Source: Cirrosporium novae-zelandiae
Lineage: Eukaryota
Assembly: GCA_026023565.1 (NCBI GenBank)
Contig: JAPETS010000022.1
Coordinates: 124,001 to 188,000 of the forward strand
Direction of reading: 5' to 3'
Length of the DNA stretch: 64,000 nt
Shown here: in pieces, positions 12,109 through 24,236 of the stretch
How the letters are laid out: each line of letters starts with the position of its first letter
Position numbering within the stretch: position 1 is the stretch's first letter
Program-made: the position numbers and the translations under genes
The notes under the pieces: generated by a model
The model's database searches: none
What the model saw: the letters and a program-made list of their open reading frames with translations, nothing else
Told to the model about the DNA's origin: nothing

Positions 12109-15100
12109 TTCTTGCGCATGTGCAATTGTGACCTATTATGGCAGTACAGTATCGGCCGTAAATACTCCGAAGACGGTAGATTAAGGCAGAATTTGATAGC
12201 TGCCTTGGCGTCATAATTATGAAAAGAATTCAATTATTGCTAGTACACGTGACAACATAGATATTTACATTTCCTTGAAGACCTGCCCCGTAGATAATCA
12301 ACAACTCATGTCAGCACCCCTCACAAGTATTTCCCTACACATATTTCATTATTGATGTTATGTTTTATAGGAAATTGTTATCTTCTTTCTTATATATAGA
12401 GCCCTATCCACCCCTTTTTAGCTTCACACATATACTCTCAAACGACGAAGTGGAGTTAAATACAATCTTATTACAGGTTAGATATAACCAACAGTTTTCT
12501 GTCCTTGAAAATACCCAGTCATCTTGTGAATGAGGATACCAATGGATTTATTCTAGAAATTTCTTGGACTAAGATGCGTTGTTAGGTAAACTGTTCTGCG
12601 GCATCAGATCCCTACTATTTGCGCTCGTGACGGAAGACATGTCGGAAAGCATTTCAGCAGAAGAGTTTTTCTTTGCGGTGAATTGGAAGTGTAGTGAATG
12701 GAAGCATCGCAAAATCTGCCTTTGAGTGAATCTACATCAGTAGTGATGGGATTGCTAACCCCACATGAGCATATACATGTCAACCCATCCACCTTTCAAC
12801 TTTTTTAATCCTTCAACTTTCCAACTCTTTGATACTCCAACCCATCTACCATTCAGCCAAACTGGCCAAATATCAAGACGAATGCAAAAGGTGCTAAGCA
12901 TCAAACAACTTCACGCTTCAGCAAACCGGAAATGGCATTATCTTTAATGATGAGCTGATACATCTCTACTGCTGTCACTGCGGTGGGAGACATCTGGCCA
13001 CCGCAGGGGGCCTACAGGTGTCCATGAGAATAAAGAGCTTTGTTCACTATAAAAGAAACTCTCTTGCTTATATAATGATGATGGAGACTCTCCCTCCAAT
13101 TTCTTTCTTTCTTTTTTTTTATTCATGTACCCAGCAAGCAAAGTCTCCTATCAGGTCAGACATCGCACGATTCCTCACCTGAAATAAGCACACACCCTCG
13201 AGCCTCATGTTAATCAGGCATGTCTAGCTAGTTTGATTTGCATTAGTTTGCTCCACAAACATCTCCTAATAAATAAAAACGATCTATAAAACCATGTTCC
13301 CTATCGTCAAAGGAAGCAGAAGCTACTAATACAGTACCAATGACATCTCCTTTTTCTTTCAGAACCACATCTACTATCAAACATCTTGAGTCCTTTGAAT
13401 ATATATATACCCCCTTTCTCTCCCAAAATTCAAATGATAAATATTTTCAATTCCAATATTAATGTTCTCTTTTCTCTGGAAAACCTAGCCTCCTCGGACT
13501 ATAAGAAAAGAAAGACAAAAAGTTATATATCACAACTATCCTCCCAAAACCTCATAAAACAAAAAAAGCACCCAAAACCCTGAATATCGCGACCACTTCC
13601 AACATACCACAGCCCCCACGGCCTATACGCCGACCTCCCCCCCCTCCTCAAACCCACCAAACCCTCTCTCCCGCCACCACGAATCCCGTCAGAACCATTC
13701 TTCAAGAATCCCGACCCGACTCAGATTACCGAGCCCACCCCCACCACCGATGTCTAGACCGGAATGATTCGATAGTCTCTTCATACCTTTCGAAACCCCT
13801 CTAGCATCGGCGAAATGATAATAATAAGAGGAAGAGGAGGGTACACATGTGGGACGGAAATCACATGCTAATATAGTGATAATTCTGTGTCGTCGGAAGA
13901 CGGGGAAAAAGAAAGAGAGAATTGGGAGGGAGGGCTTGATTGGATGAGGTTGTTGTTGTTATTGGATTTGGTTCGTTGGAAACAGGCCTGAAAATCAACG
14001 GTTTGGGGGTAGAGGGAGAGGGCGTACGACTAATAGTCAACAGCCAGCAACAGATCAGTCTTTACATCCTTTTTCTCCTCCTCTCCCATATTGGATTTGA
14101 AAAAAAAAATTGATAACATCGCTTTCGGTAAGCTTACTGATACCACTACATTTATCTCATCCCATCCCATTGCAGATATAAATCAGTACCCAAACCGCAT
14201 ATATGCATGCATGTATACACCACCTGAATACCATACCACATCACACTGTGGATATATCCCCCGAACAAAAAAAATCTTCAATCCTCAATCCTTACAATAT
14301 CAGCAATATACCAACGGTACCAACAATCCCAACAGTACTAACAACCGCTACAATACTAACCCCACATACACACAATTTCCAACCACAATAATAACGACAG
14401 TATCTCAGTATGATGGGGTCTCGGGTCTCGGGTCTATCCCGTATGTTTTCCCAACAGCCACGCAAGTAAGGGGAGCGGAACCATATAAATAGACTTTCCC
14501 TTTTATAGAATTAATCAAGCAAGTTACACACTTCAACACCAACAACCTCAACGGGCTCAATAATACCTACAATACCAACAGCTCCTGCAATACCAACAGC
14601 TCCAACCTATACAGTACCAACCCTTACAATACCTACAATACCTACAACAATACCAACAGCAGGAGAGGGAACCTCGACGCTAAAAGACCAGAAAACCAAC
14701 AACGAGCCAACTATTATCCGGCCTCTACTCTCTAAATCTCTCCTCTAAACCTCTTTAAGTCCCTTGATAAAATAGATCTCGACCCCACACACCCTCTACT
14801 ACTATTACTGCCGCTGGCTGTAGGGAGCGAACTAGCAAGTCCAACAGCAAGCCCAACAGCAACGAACGACCCCACCAAGGCCCGTTTCACTAGCCACGCA
14901 TCTAAAGATAAAAAAAACGTGAGATTGGATCCAGACTATTGAAAAGTTTATGGCCGTACCATCTACAATAGATCATTTTCTCGGAAAAGTGAAAAAAGAA
15001 CAAAACCGTGCAGCGGTACAGTTTGAAGTCGACGAGTCATGGAAACACACTGTCCAGTTCAAACGTTACTTTACGCCCAGGGCAGACAGGATATCTTGTG

Positions 15101-16309
15101 AGGTAAAACATCCCAAATGAACGAACGAACGATGCGATGTTGGTAGCAGTTATGGGTTTTTGGGTTTGGGGGCAGGGGGTGTTTGTTCCATCCATTTACC
15201 CGCCGCCTGGTTCATGTGACCCACTAGGCTGGGTAGGTAGGGTAGAAATGATTTATTTAGTTGTTGGCTGTGGCGGTTATGGGTCATTGACCTTAGTTTT
15301 GGGTTTGGAGGAGAAGGGGGGTCGGGGAGAAGGGAGACAAGGCGGGGGTCGTAAAGGGCTATTAGTCTATTCTCGATATTCCATTCCATTCCGCATATAC
15401 CAAAAAACCAAAACCCCATCTCAACAAAAATCGAATCCAAGGCTGGCGTATCGAAGCCATTTCTCGCAGGATTTTCGAGCACGTATGTTCTCTCTCCCGT
15501 TGACCCCCATTGGCAGTGATCCTCGACCCCTCCGCCGGAACTATCGCCATGAATGAGAGCAACAAGTCCGATTTTGATTTCTGGGAAAGAAAGAAGGCCG
15601 TTGTCTTTCGTGGAAAGCAAATAGGAGGGAATGAATCTGTTAGACTTGACTTGGGGAAAAACTTCTCCAAGATCTAACCGCAGATATGATTGAGTGAGTG
15701 TGATTTGACGTATGTCCTGACTTCTGCTCTTCCAGTTTGTTCCTCTTGTTGCAGTAGCCTAGGTAGTATATCTAAAGTCTACTTGAATATGGATATGGAT
15801 ATGGGATATTGAAATAGGAATTCCCGAAGACTATTTAATTAGGTAATTGAACGCACGCAAGTAGATAGTCTAGGTTTTTTTTTCTCGTGGGGTTGTTATG
15901 TATGGATGTGTATGTGTGTAAGTTGGCTAGGTAGGCGGGAAAAGGAAAAAGGGAAAGAGGGTAGGATTTTTATTTTTTAGATTCTAGGAAGTTAGATCAA
16001 GTCATTTAAATAAGGGTAAAGTAATGATAAAAAGAACAATAACTAAGTGGAACTAAATACTAAATGAAACTTTTGGGAGGTTTTTGGTATTGATAGAAGA
16101 AAAGAAATGGAAGAAGAAGGATATCAGGTATACACCCCTCTCTACAAGCGCCAAGTCCTCCCTTCTCTTTTTTTTTTGATCCAAAGAACACCATGCATCC
16201 ATCTATTACACCCCCCTACCAGGCCCAAGCCCAAGCCATCCAGCCAAAACCAGTCCAAATCTACCTTCTCCCCCCCAATAACCCCAACCCTCTACAAAAG
16301 AAACCTCCC

Positions 16310-19300
16310 TTAAATATAATACATAGTCCCCTCCAACCTCTCATGCACCCCTCCCTTCCAATCCCTTCGCTCATCATACCCTCTACCCCCACCCGCCTCC
16401 ACGGGCAACATAGTCCTCCTGAGATAAAACCTCGCCCGATCACAAATCAAATCCGCATAGTAAGCCGGCGGACACAAGCTCACAGCCGTGGTAGCTCTCC
16501 CAAACAGATAACAGAGACTGTGTGTAAGCTGCTCGAGTCTGTTGCTTGTGAATCCGTTCTCGTCGTGTATGACGATGTAGTGGCATGGTCTGGCGGTGCC
16601 TTGGATGCAGTGGTGTGCCTGGAGGAAGAAATCCCATTTGCGTTCGAAGGTGATGGCGCGGTCGACGACGGTGCCGTTGTGGCAGTTTCCGTTTTTGTCG
16701 GCGTCGGGAGCGGCGGTCGGGAAGAAGCGCGTGTGATGACGTTTGCTGCAGATTATGATTGTGATTTTGGGGGGTTGTTGGCGTTGTTGGGGGTAGATGG
16801 TTTGGCAGGCGAGCTCGATGCAGGGGAGTTCTTCTTTCAAAACAGTGCGGAATTGGAATTCGGCAACGCCGTCGCGGTAGACTATTATTCGGGTTGGGAG
16901 GAAGTTGTTTGTTTTTTGGTAAAGCCTTAGTCTTTCTGTGACCATGCTGGTTAGGCCCGTCACCATTTCTTTCCCACCGGTTTGGCAGAGAATGCTTCCG
17001 GGATACTGCGAGTAATCCGAGTCGATACTTGCGACCACGCCGGCGATGCTTGGTGCATCCTTGGAAGTTCCGGGGGAGGGATGGGTTACATCGATACCCA
17101 TAAGCATAGTTTGCTCTCGAAGGACAAAGTCAAGTTTGTCTGGTGGGATGATATGATTAGTTCCACCTCTCTTGAGATTGGCTTTCATGGCTATATTCGC
17201 AAAAAAAGTATCTTCTCTTCCTTTTTTGATCTTTGACATGACGGCGCATATTGTACTAATTCCGAATTCAACGTCCCCTAACGACTTGACATGTCCGTAG
17301 TTGGTGGCATCTTTGAAAGGCAAGAAAACTAAAAGCATCTGGGTACCCTGTGCCGCTACTTTCGTCATTTCATTATAAAGAGCGGCTCGATTGCCATCAT
17401 CAATAGCGGTGGGGTCTTTTCCCTTGGAATGTCTGGCAAATTCTACGTAATACCCTTGGGGAGGATAAGGGTTCGAGACAGTCATTCCCGTCTTTCGTAA
17501 CATATCCGAGAAAATTCGTGTAAGCTCTCCGGGATCTGAACGCCATGGCTCATTGTAATGGATAGCCAAAAAAGACCAATTAAATAGATTACCACCCTTT
17601 ACAAATTTTGTTAAATGATCACGCTTCCAGGAACCAGGATTCGAATCCACAGTAGTATGTCTATATGCCACACAAGGAATTGGCAAGATTCGAGCTGGAA
17701 CTGCGACCATCTGGGGCACAACATCGAATCCATAAGCAGCCGGACCTTGGCGAGAAACGTCGTCAATGAACCCAAGCACTCTAAGGCCTTCACTAGTAAT
17801 ATCCCTAGCATTCGTGCTTGGCTTCCGACAAGCTACCTCACGAATGGAATCGGCCTGAGCTGCTGACAGTTGTCTTCGTGCGGCCTGCCCAGACAAGACA
17901 TCTATAAGCTCGGGAGGAATCAATGCGGGTTTCTCGCCACTGCGACCGATGTTGACAAGAGGATATAGAGGAAACTTCAAATTGATATGATGCACTTGGG
18001 CAAAATATTGCTCGACAGTTATAATCTTATTGTTCATTTGTGGACAATTGAAGCTAGCCCCCGTTGCGTTGCAATATCTTTGAGGATGCGGAGCCAGACC
18101 AGTAATCGTTCTAATTCGGGGCCGCCCTTGAAGGCCCTTGAGATATTTCAATTGTACTTGTAAATTTTTCAAAAAGCCTTCTAGTTGATCCTTGCGGTCT
18201 GTACCAAAGGCATCCATCAAATCTTTAACCGTACCTTCTTGATAAAATGGTGCTGTACAGATATTGACATTAACCAAGAGACGTATGGTCGATGTTCGAA
18301 CACTTGAGAAATAACCCCTGCGAGCCACAAGACCCCCTCCTAAGGGATATGACTCCTTCCCCCTTGGGTAGAATTTCGTGCCAGCTAAGATGGTATTAAG
18401 ACGCTCGTTGTTTGCTTTGTAAGAGAAAACGATGTTCATATCACTAATGGTTGATTCCTTCTGTTTAAATTCTATGCTAGCTTCAGGATTAGTATTAGCA
18501 AGATAACGAGTAAGCTCATCCCATTGAACAGCACGACGGTATGTGATGGTGAATTTGTGGCCTCTATCACCGTTCTTGGACGGCACACCCCCTTCTTCGT
18601 AATACGATATAACTCCGGTTTCAACATGGTCAACTGAAATCTTTAGTGCCGTGATAATGGTAGTAGTGTAATCTGTCGCGGAGGTTACATATTTAAAGAG
18701 AGGATGGTCTTTCAATAGGATCTCAAACAGCCGTCTTTTCCTTCGCTTGTTGGGCACATCAGGTTGAAATGTAACAACGTATCGATGGAGGGATGCAGCA
18801 CGATGAAGACTAATCTCAAAATAGTTGGTTCTAAGGACGATTGGTCTCCCTACACTTCCATAATCCGGACGTCTTGGAAGGAGATCTTCGGATATTGTTA
18901 GTGACTCTAGCGAGGGGACTTGTCGTTGTACTATCAGGTTTTCGGCAATAGTGACGTCTTGAGATGGGAATGGGGGTGAATATGGTTCAGGTCTATTAGA
19001 AAATCAGAGAAGATCAAAAGAACAAACAGTCAACTCACTGGAAGATAATTGATCCACCATCATTATCTGGAGGTCGTTGATGACGATCAGGTCTTGCTCG
19101 ACCACGACCTCTTTGCTGATTCTCGGGCACGAAATTCCCAGAGTTGCCGCCACCTCTTCTATTAGTCCCTCTCCACGGATTGGACACGGAGGCTTGATTG
19201 GCCCAGGCATAGCCTCTGTTATTGCCACCTCTCGAAGTCCCTCGGCCCCTGGCATTATCACCACGGCCACGGCCTTGGCCTCGGCCCCAAATGGATTGGT

Positions 19301-19310
19301 TCCAATTCAT
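16310..19310 (-). CDS. Argonaute (QDE-2-like), about 984 aa; one 46-nt intron (18993-19038)
   Basis: RG/RGG-rich N-terminus; PRRPDYGSVGRPIVLRTNYF; ARRGYFSSVR; PAZ (ITVEQYF...LVNIG...IPPEL); PIWI motifs GIDVTHP, KEMV, YRDGV, KRHHTRFFP, FFLQAH..IQGTARPCHY, PAYYADLICDRAR. Confidence 0.97.
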
Positions 19311-20154
19311 TGCGTCCTTAACTTCAGAGGAGCTTTCAGAGCATAGACACAGTGTAAATAATAGTATTAATTATAATATATATGCCTGTGCGCTATAGCG
19401 ATGAACGGCCCATCGATTAAGGCTGTTGAATAGAACAACGGAGGTAGCGACGAATATCGATTATTTGTGTCTAAGAAGCCTTCAGAAAAGGACACGTAAT
19501 TAGAAACTTATTCTTGATGGATTGGGGTTCCAGCATTTGGGAAATTTTTGTTTCTATCCAAGGAAAAGTACAGTGAAAGCGTGAGCTCGTAATGGTCATG
19601 GATATAGGAAAGTTGAACAAATATGATAGTGATGATAGGTCACTATAATATACTACCAAAAATTAGAGAGAGGATTTGAATTGATAGGTGAAAGGAACAA
19701 CTCTCAGCAAAAAGCTCGAGCTTCGAGGCAATAAATGTGTGGAAGCTGTGTGGAAGGTGGAAGCCAAATATCTAGGTAATTTAATTCAAAATCAGGGCCA
19801 GGTATGCCAGGTTCCGTTGATGATTGGCATCGGCCCGACAATCGGTTACTTAGTAGTTCTAGTACCCCACTTTAGGGCTGTGAGAGGTACAGTACATGTA
19901 CAGTACAAAGAACCTGTCCAAGTACACATGGCTTTGATACACCTTATAATTTATAACATAGATACCTATTTTCCGAGGACCAATAGCCTCCCACTTTCCG
20001 ACTTTCTTTTGTAGCAGTAGAGAAGGTACCCCCTGCGAAACTCCAAGCCTGTCTTCCTGCCGTACTATGCAAATATAAAGTAAATAGAATACACATAATT
20101 TCCTCCCTTCCACCTCTATCCGTCTCCTCTTACCCTGAACCTTCAATTAGCTGT

Positions 20155-23100
20155 TCACTCATCATCGTATCTTGGTCCGTCATCATCACCCCAACCACCT
20201 GGTGTTGCGGCATTCCAAGCCCCTGCCCCAGGTGTTGGTGCATCATATGGCCTCTTTGCCCCCGGTCCTGTTGCTCCCGGGGTTGGAGCTGTATCCGCAC
20301 CCCACCTAGGTGTGGGAACATTAAAGGCTCCAGGCGTAGGCGCTGCATAAGCTGCTGGAGTTGGAGCACTGAGTTCACCCCCAGGCGTTGGGGCACTAAA
20401 GTCTGCTCCTGGTGTGGGTGCACTATTAACTTGGTTTGTGCTTGAATTTGAGGAGGGATTAAAGGCGGGTGTGCGGCCGCCGTTAGCGTTCCACTCATGA
20501 GACGTAGAAGAGGGTGCACCATAGGCAGGGGTTTTTGAGCCAGCGGCGAATGCATCGAATGTCTGAGAAGATTCTCCGTAGGGGGTTCGGGCACTAGGAT
20601 TCCAAGCAGGGGTTTTACCGCTAGCGGCGGAGAATGCAGAGCCACCATATGAAGTAGAGCCACCGTATGCGGTACGTGAGCCATCAGCGTAAGGATTTGA
20701 GGTACGGGATCCGTCATTTCCAGAGGATTTCCAGGCAGGTGTACGAGCGGTATTTCCAGCTGACCAGGCAGGAGCTATTCGTGTCAACGGAATATCTAGG
20801 AACTGGATGTGTATATCAAACTTACTTCTTGCAGAGGAAGAATTCCATGCCGGGGTGCGGGAGCCTATCCCGGATACTGCCATGGGAGTTCGGCTACCTC
20901 CTCCACTCCAGGCTGCAGCAGGTGTTCGACCTCCTCCACCAAAGCCACCTCCAAAACCACCACGCCCGCCACGAGATGATGAAAAGCGGCTATAATCAAT
21001 GGACTGACCGGTCATAGGACTAAGGATGGTTAGCAATAAGTTAAATATTTGTGAAAGAATCACTGACTCTTTGAAACCTAGTGTCTCTTTTGGTACTGCA
21101 ATAGTCTTGCTCTTGGTGTGAAGTTCAACTCGAGCTTCTAGGTCAGTTGTGTCCTTGACGATACCTAGCAGCCCCTTGTAAGGTCCCTTTCGTATTGTGA
21201 CAGTTTGTCCAACAGCACGGTCTCGACCAAACGACTTGGGTGGAGGCATAGGACTTCCATTAGCCCCACCATTTCTCTGTAATGCAGGGTTCATTTTTGT
21301 CAAATCCGGTCCAGCAGAAGCACCTGTTAATCTTCCACCTTTTGCAGCAACGGTCTGAACATTTGATGACCTGGCAACGAATACACCAGAATTCTCGGTT
21401 TGCTCTCGATTGTGGAGAAAGAGGAAATTTCGGTAAATATGAAGAATGGTACCCGTTCTTTGTTCAGCACCCCATTCCCTAACAGTATCGTCATGCCGAA
21501 TTTCAGACCCATTGCGATCTGTTGCCACTGCATGTCGACGACGTTCAAGCTTATTAGCAATCTGAGAAGGAAGGATTGTCCGAACAGAACTATCTTGATC
21601 CACGACTGTCAAGGATTCACGGTCGACTTTGATAACGCATGCAACAGTGGCCGAATTGAGTTGGACGAGATCATGAATGTCATATTTGCCTGCTCCTCCA
21701 GCAGCACCACCTGAATCTGTGGCCTCCCTTAGGTCTTTGCTAAAGACCGTAATTTCTTGCATGCTAGTGTCACTGACCACGGTGACCCGATCTTCCTTGA
21801 TTCGAACCACCATACCAACTTCATCCCTGAACTTGCTGCCTCCGATTATCTTGACATGGTCACCTTCGCGGAAACGTTTCCGGAGACCCTTTACGGGAAC
21901 ATCAATGGTTTGCCCTCGCAAGTCGCCTTCTATAACATTGACTGTCACAATATCGCCATGGACGGAAATGGTTTTACCACTAACGCCTTGTTGTTCGCCA
22001 GTATAAACCTCTACCATATCACCAGGAAGGAAATCGTCGCCTGCAGTAGCATTTTTTAAACTAGCAGCCAAAGCAGCAAGGTCAAGGTTCTCCGTTCCAT
22101 CTGCATCACCTGCAGCAAACCTCGTAACTTCGTCCAGCTTAGGATTGACGTTCTCAGTAATGAGATGTTGAATTTTGACGTCCTTGGTAAGGTATCCGTT
22201 GATATATGTTTCTCCCATGTATGTAAAATGCTTCGAGTTCAAATTTGACACCTGGTTGAGGGCTCTAGCATTGTGCTTTTTGGCTTCAACTTCACTGAAG
22301 AGCCGCTGCGGAGGTCTAGGAGCTACAGGGTTTGGAACTCCTGGTCGTTTTCTTTTCGGGTCGCCAAACCTGTTCGCAGGTGCTCCTGGGTCATCCCTGG
22401 AGCCGTAATCGATCCTGGGAACCACTCTAACGGTAACCTCCAATCCATTGGTTTCAACATCGTCAATTTGAGCCAAATCGCCCTTGTATTTCCCTCTATT
22501 CATTCGCACGTAACCTCCAGGTTCAAGGGTCGCAGACTTGGTGACTCGTAAAAGATCTGGCATCTCTTTAATTGGGACTAGGACCATCTTCGTTCGAGGA
22601 TAAACATTGCTTAGGCCATCAAGAGCCTCAAGAATATCCGTCTGTCTTCGGGCTTCGATGTAAATATATCCCATCATAGTTCCACCACGACCCAGAGCAG
22701 ATATTATTGGCAGAGGATGTTTGGATAAAGCTCGTTCTTCGATCCTCTTCATTAGAGCAAACACGACCTCGTTCTCTTTTCCCTGTTTGCATCTGACACC
22801 CCATATACTCGGATCATCAACACTTGGCATTAATAATCTTTTTGGAACCACCACCGAGTCTGTTCCAACAGGGCGATTGCGTAGGTAATTGTGATGACGT
22901 TCCTTGAACGCTTGTGCCTGTTTTTCTGCATCCAAGCTTGCTTCCATCTCCCGCTTGCGATCAAGTTCCCTGTGCCTTCGGTCGTCAGTTTCTGCTCCGG
23001 CAGGAAGATCTGCCAGATCATCAGGATGGGTATCGGCAATGAAGCCATCTGGTTGTCCTTCATCATCTTCGTCATCACCTTCGTCATCCTCGCTAACTTC

Positions 23101-23558
23101 GGCTTCAACGTCGAGAAATTGGTATCGAGGATCGCGACGGATGCGCTTTCGAGGCCGGCCCTGAATAATAATTAGAATGGCGCATAATAACAAAGGTATG
23201 TAGGAAATGTGAAATATACGGTGACCGCGTCTTCTTCGTCGTCGTCTTCATCGTCATCATCCCCATGGTCTTCATCGCCATTATCATCATCACTACCTCC
23301 ATTATTACTCTTCATATCAGCATCTTCATTTCCACTTTCATCTCCATCTTCATGCTTCCGATGTCCATTCTGGCCCTCTTGGTTATCGTCCTTGTCTTCA
23401 TTTAAGGGTCGCTGAGCTTGCGCCTTGCCGCCAGCAGAAGTATTTATTTCTTCAGCGTCGCTTTCATTTCTCACTTCATCATCAGAGCCAATATCAGGTT
23501 GGGGGTTGAAAGGCTCATCGTCAGATTCCGAGCCAAAGTCGGCGTCGTTGAAAGCCAT
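20155..23558 (-). CDS. SPT5: Transcription elongation factor Spt5; introns at 23161-23219, 21020-21067 and 20775-20825
   Basis: Acidic N-terminus, [11 protein letters not shown] domain ([21 protein letters not shown]), multiple KOW motifs ([18 protein letters not shown]), C-terminal (S/K/R)TPAW repeats. Confidence 0.97.
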
Positions 23559-24236
23559 TTTGGCTCTTCGAACGGCGATGGCAAAATAAGTAAATTACAA
23601 ACGAGGAATGAGAAGTGAAATTGAGGTTTGGAGGTGATGTTGAGAGAAGGAATGGGAGGCGTAAATAAAGGTTGAATGGTAGCCCTTGAATCTCAAAGGA
23701 AGCTTGACAAGTTGCGCGACTAGTTTACTGAGGTTGCCGTAAAATTCGCCGCAAGCTCAAACCACTTACGCTAGTCCTAAAATAATCAGGACTCATAAAC
23801 TTGGATCTTCACTATTTGTGTTGGGGATTAAAAGTGTGATATAAAAAAATGTAGATTTATAGGGGAAAAAGTACTAGTTATATTACGCTTAATAGGAAAA
23901 GCAATAAACACAGCAGTTCTATTGTTTTAATAATTTTTCGGAGGCTGATGGTGAGCCGCATGTTCAAATATACATTTATGATATTAAGAAATTATTCAAA
24001 TAGGCGATTTACTTTTGGGCTTTCAAATAAAATCAGGTTTTAATATTCAATAGTTTAATTTGAAAGGCTTTTGAAAGCCTAAAAGATAAAAGCTACTTAA
24101 AACTCTCATGTGTCTTATCCGAATATCGAGGTCAGATCTGAAATATAAGGCCAAACAGACTATCAAGTTACCGATACAGAATAAACACTACTCTTATAAC
24201 TAATAATACATACATTCAACCTCCGGTTAATATAGC

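Noticed and set aside
13074..13183. ATGATGA...CTGA resembling a box C/D snoRNA
   Set aside because: No terminal stem or recognisable rRNA-antisense element, and the interior is a poly-T tract
16193..16930. 245-aa + strand ORF antisense to the Argonaute 3' end
   Set aside because: Shadow ORF explained by codon bias of the PIWI region; no recognisable motifs
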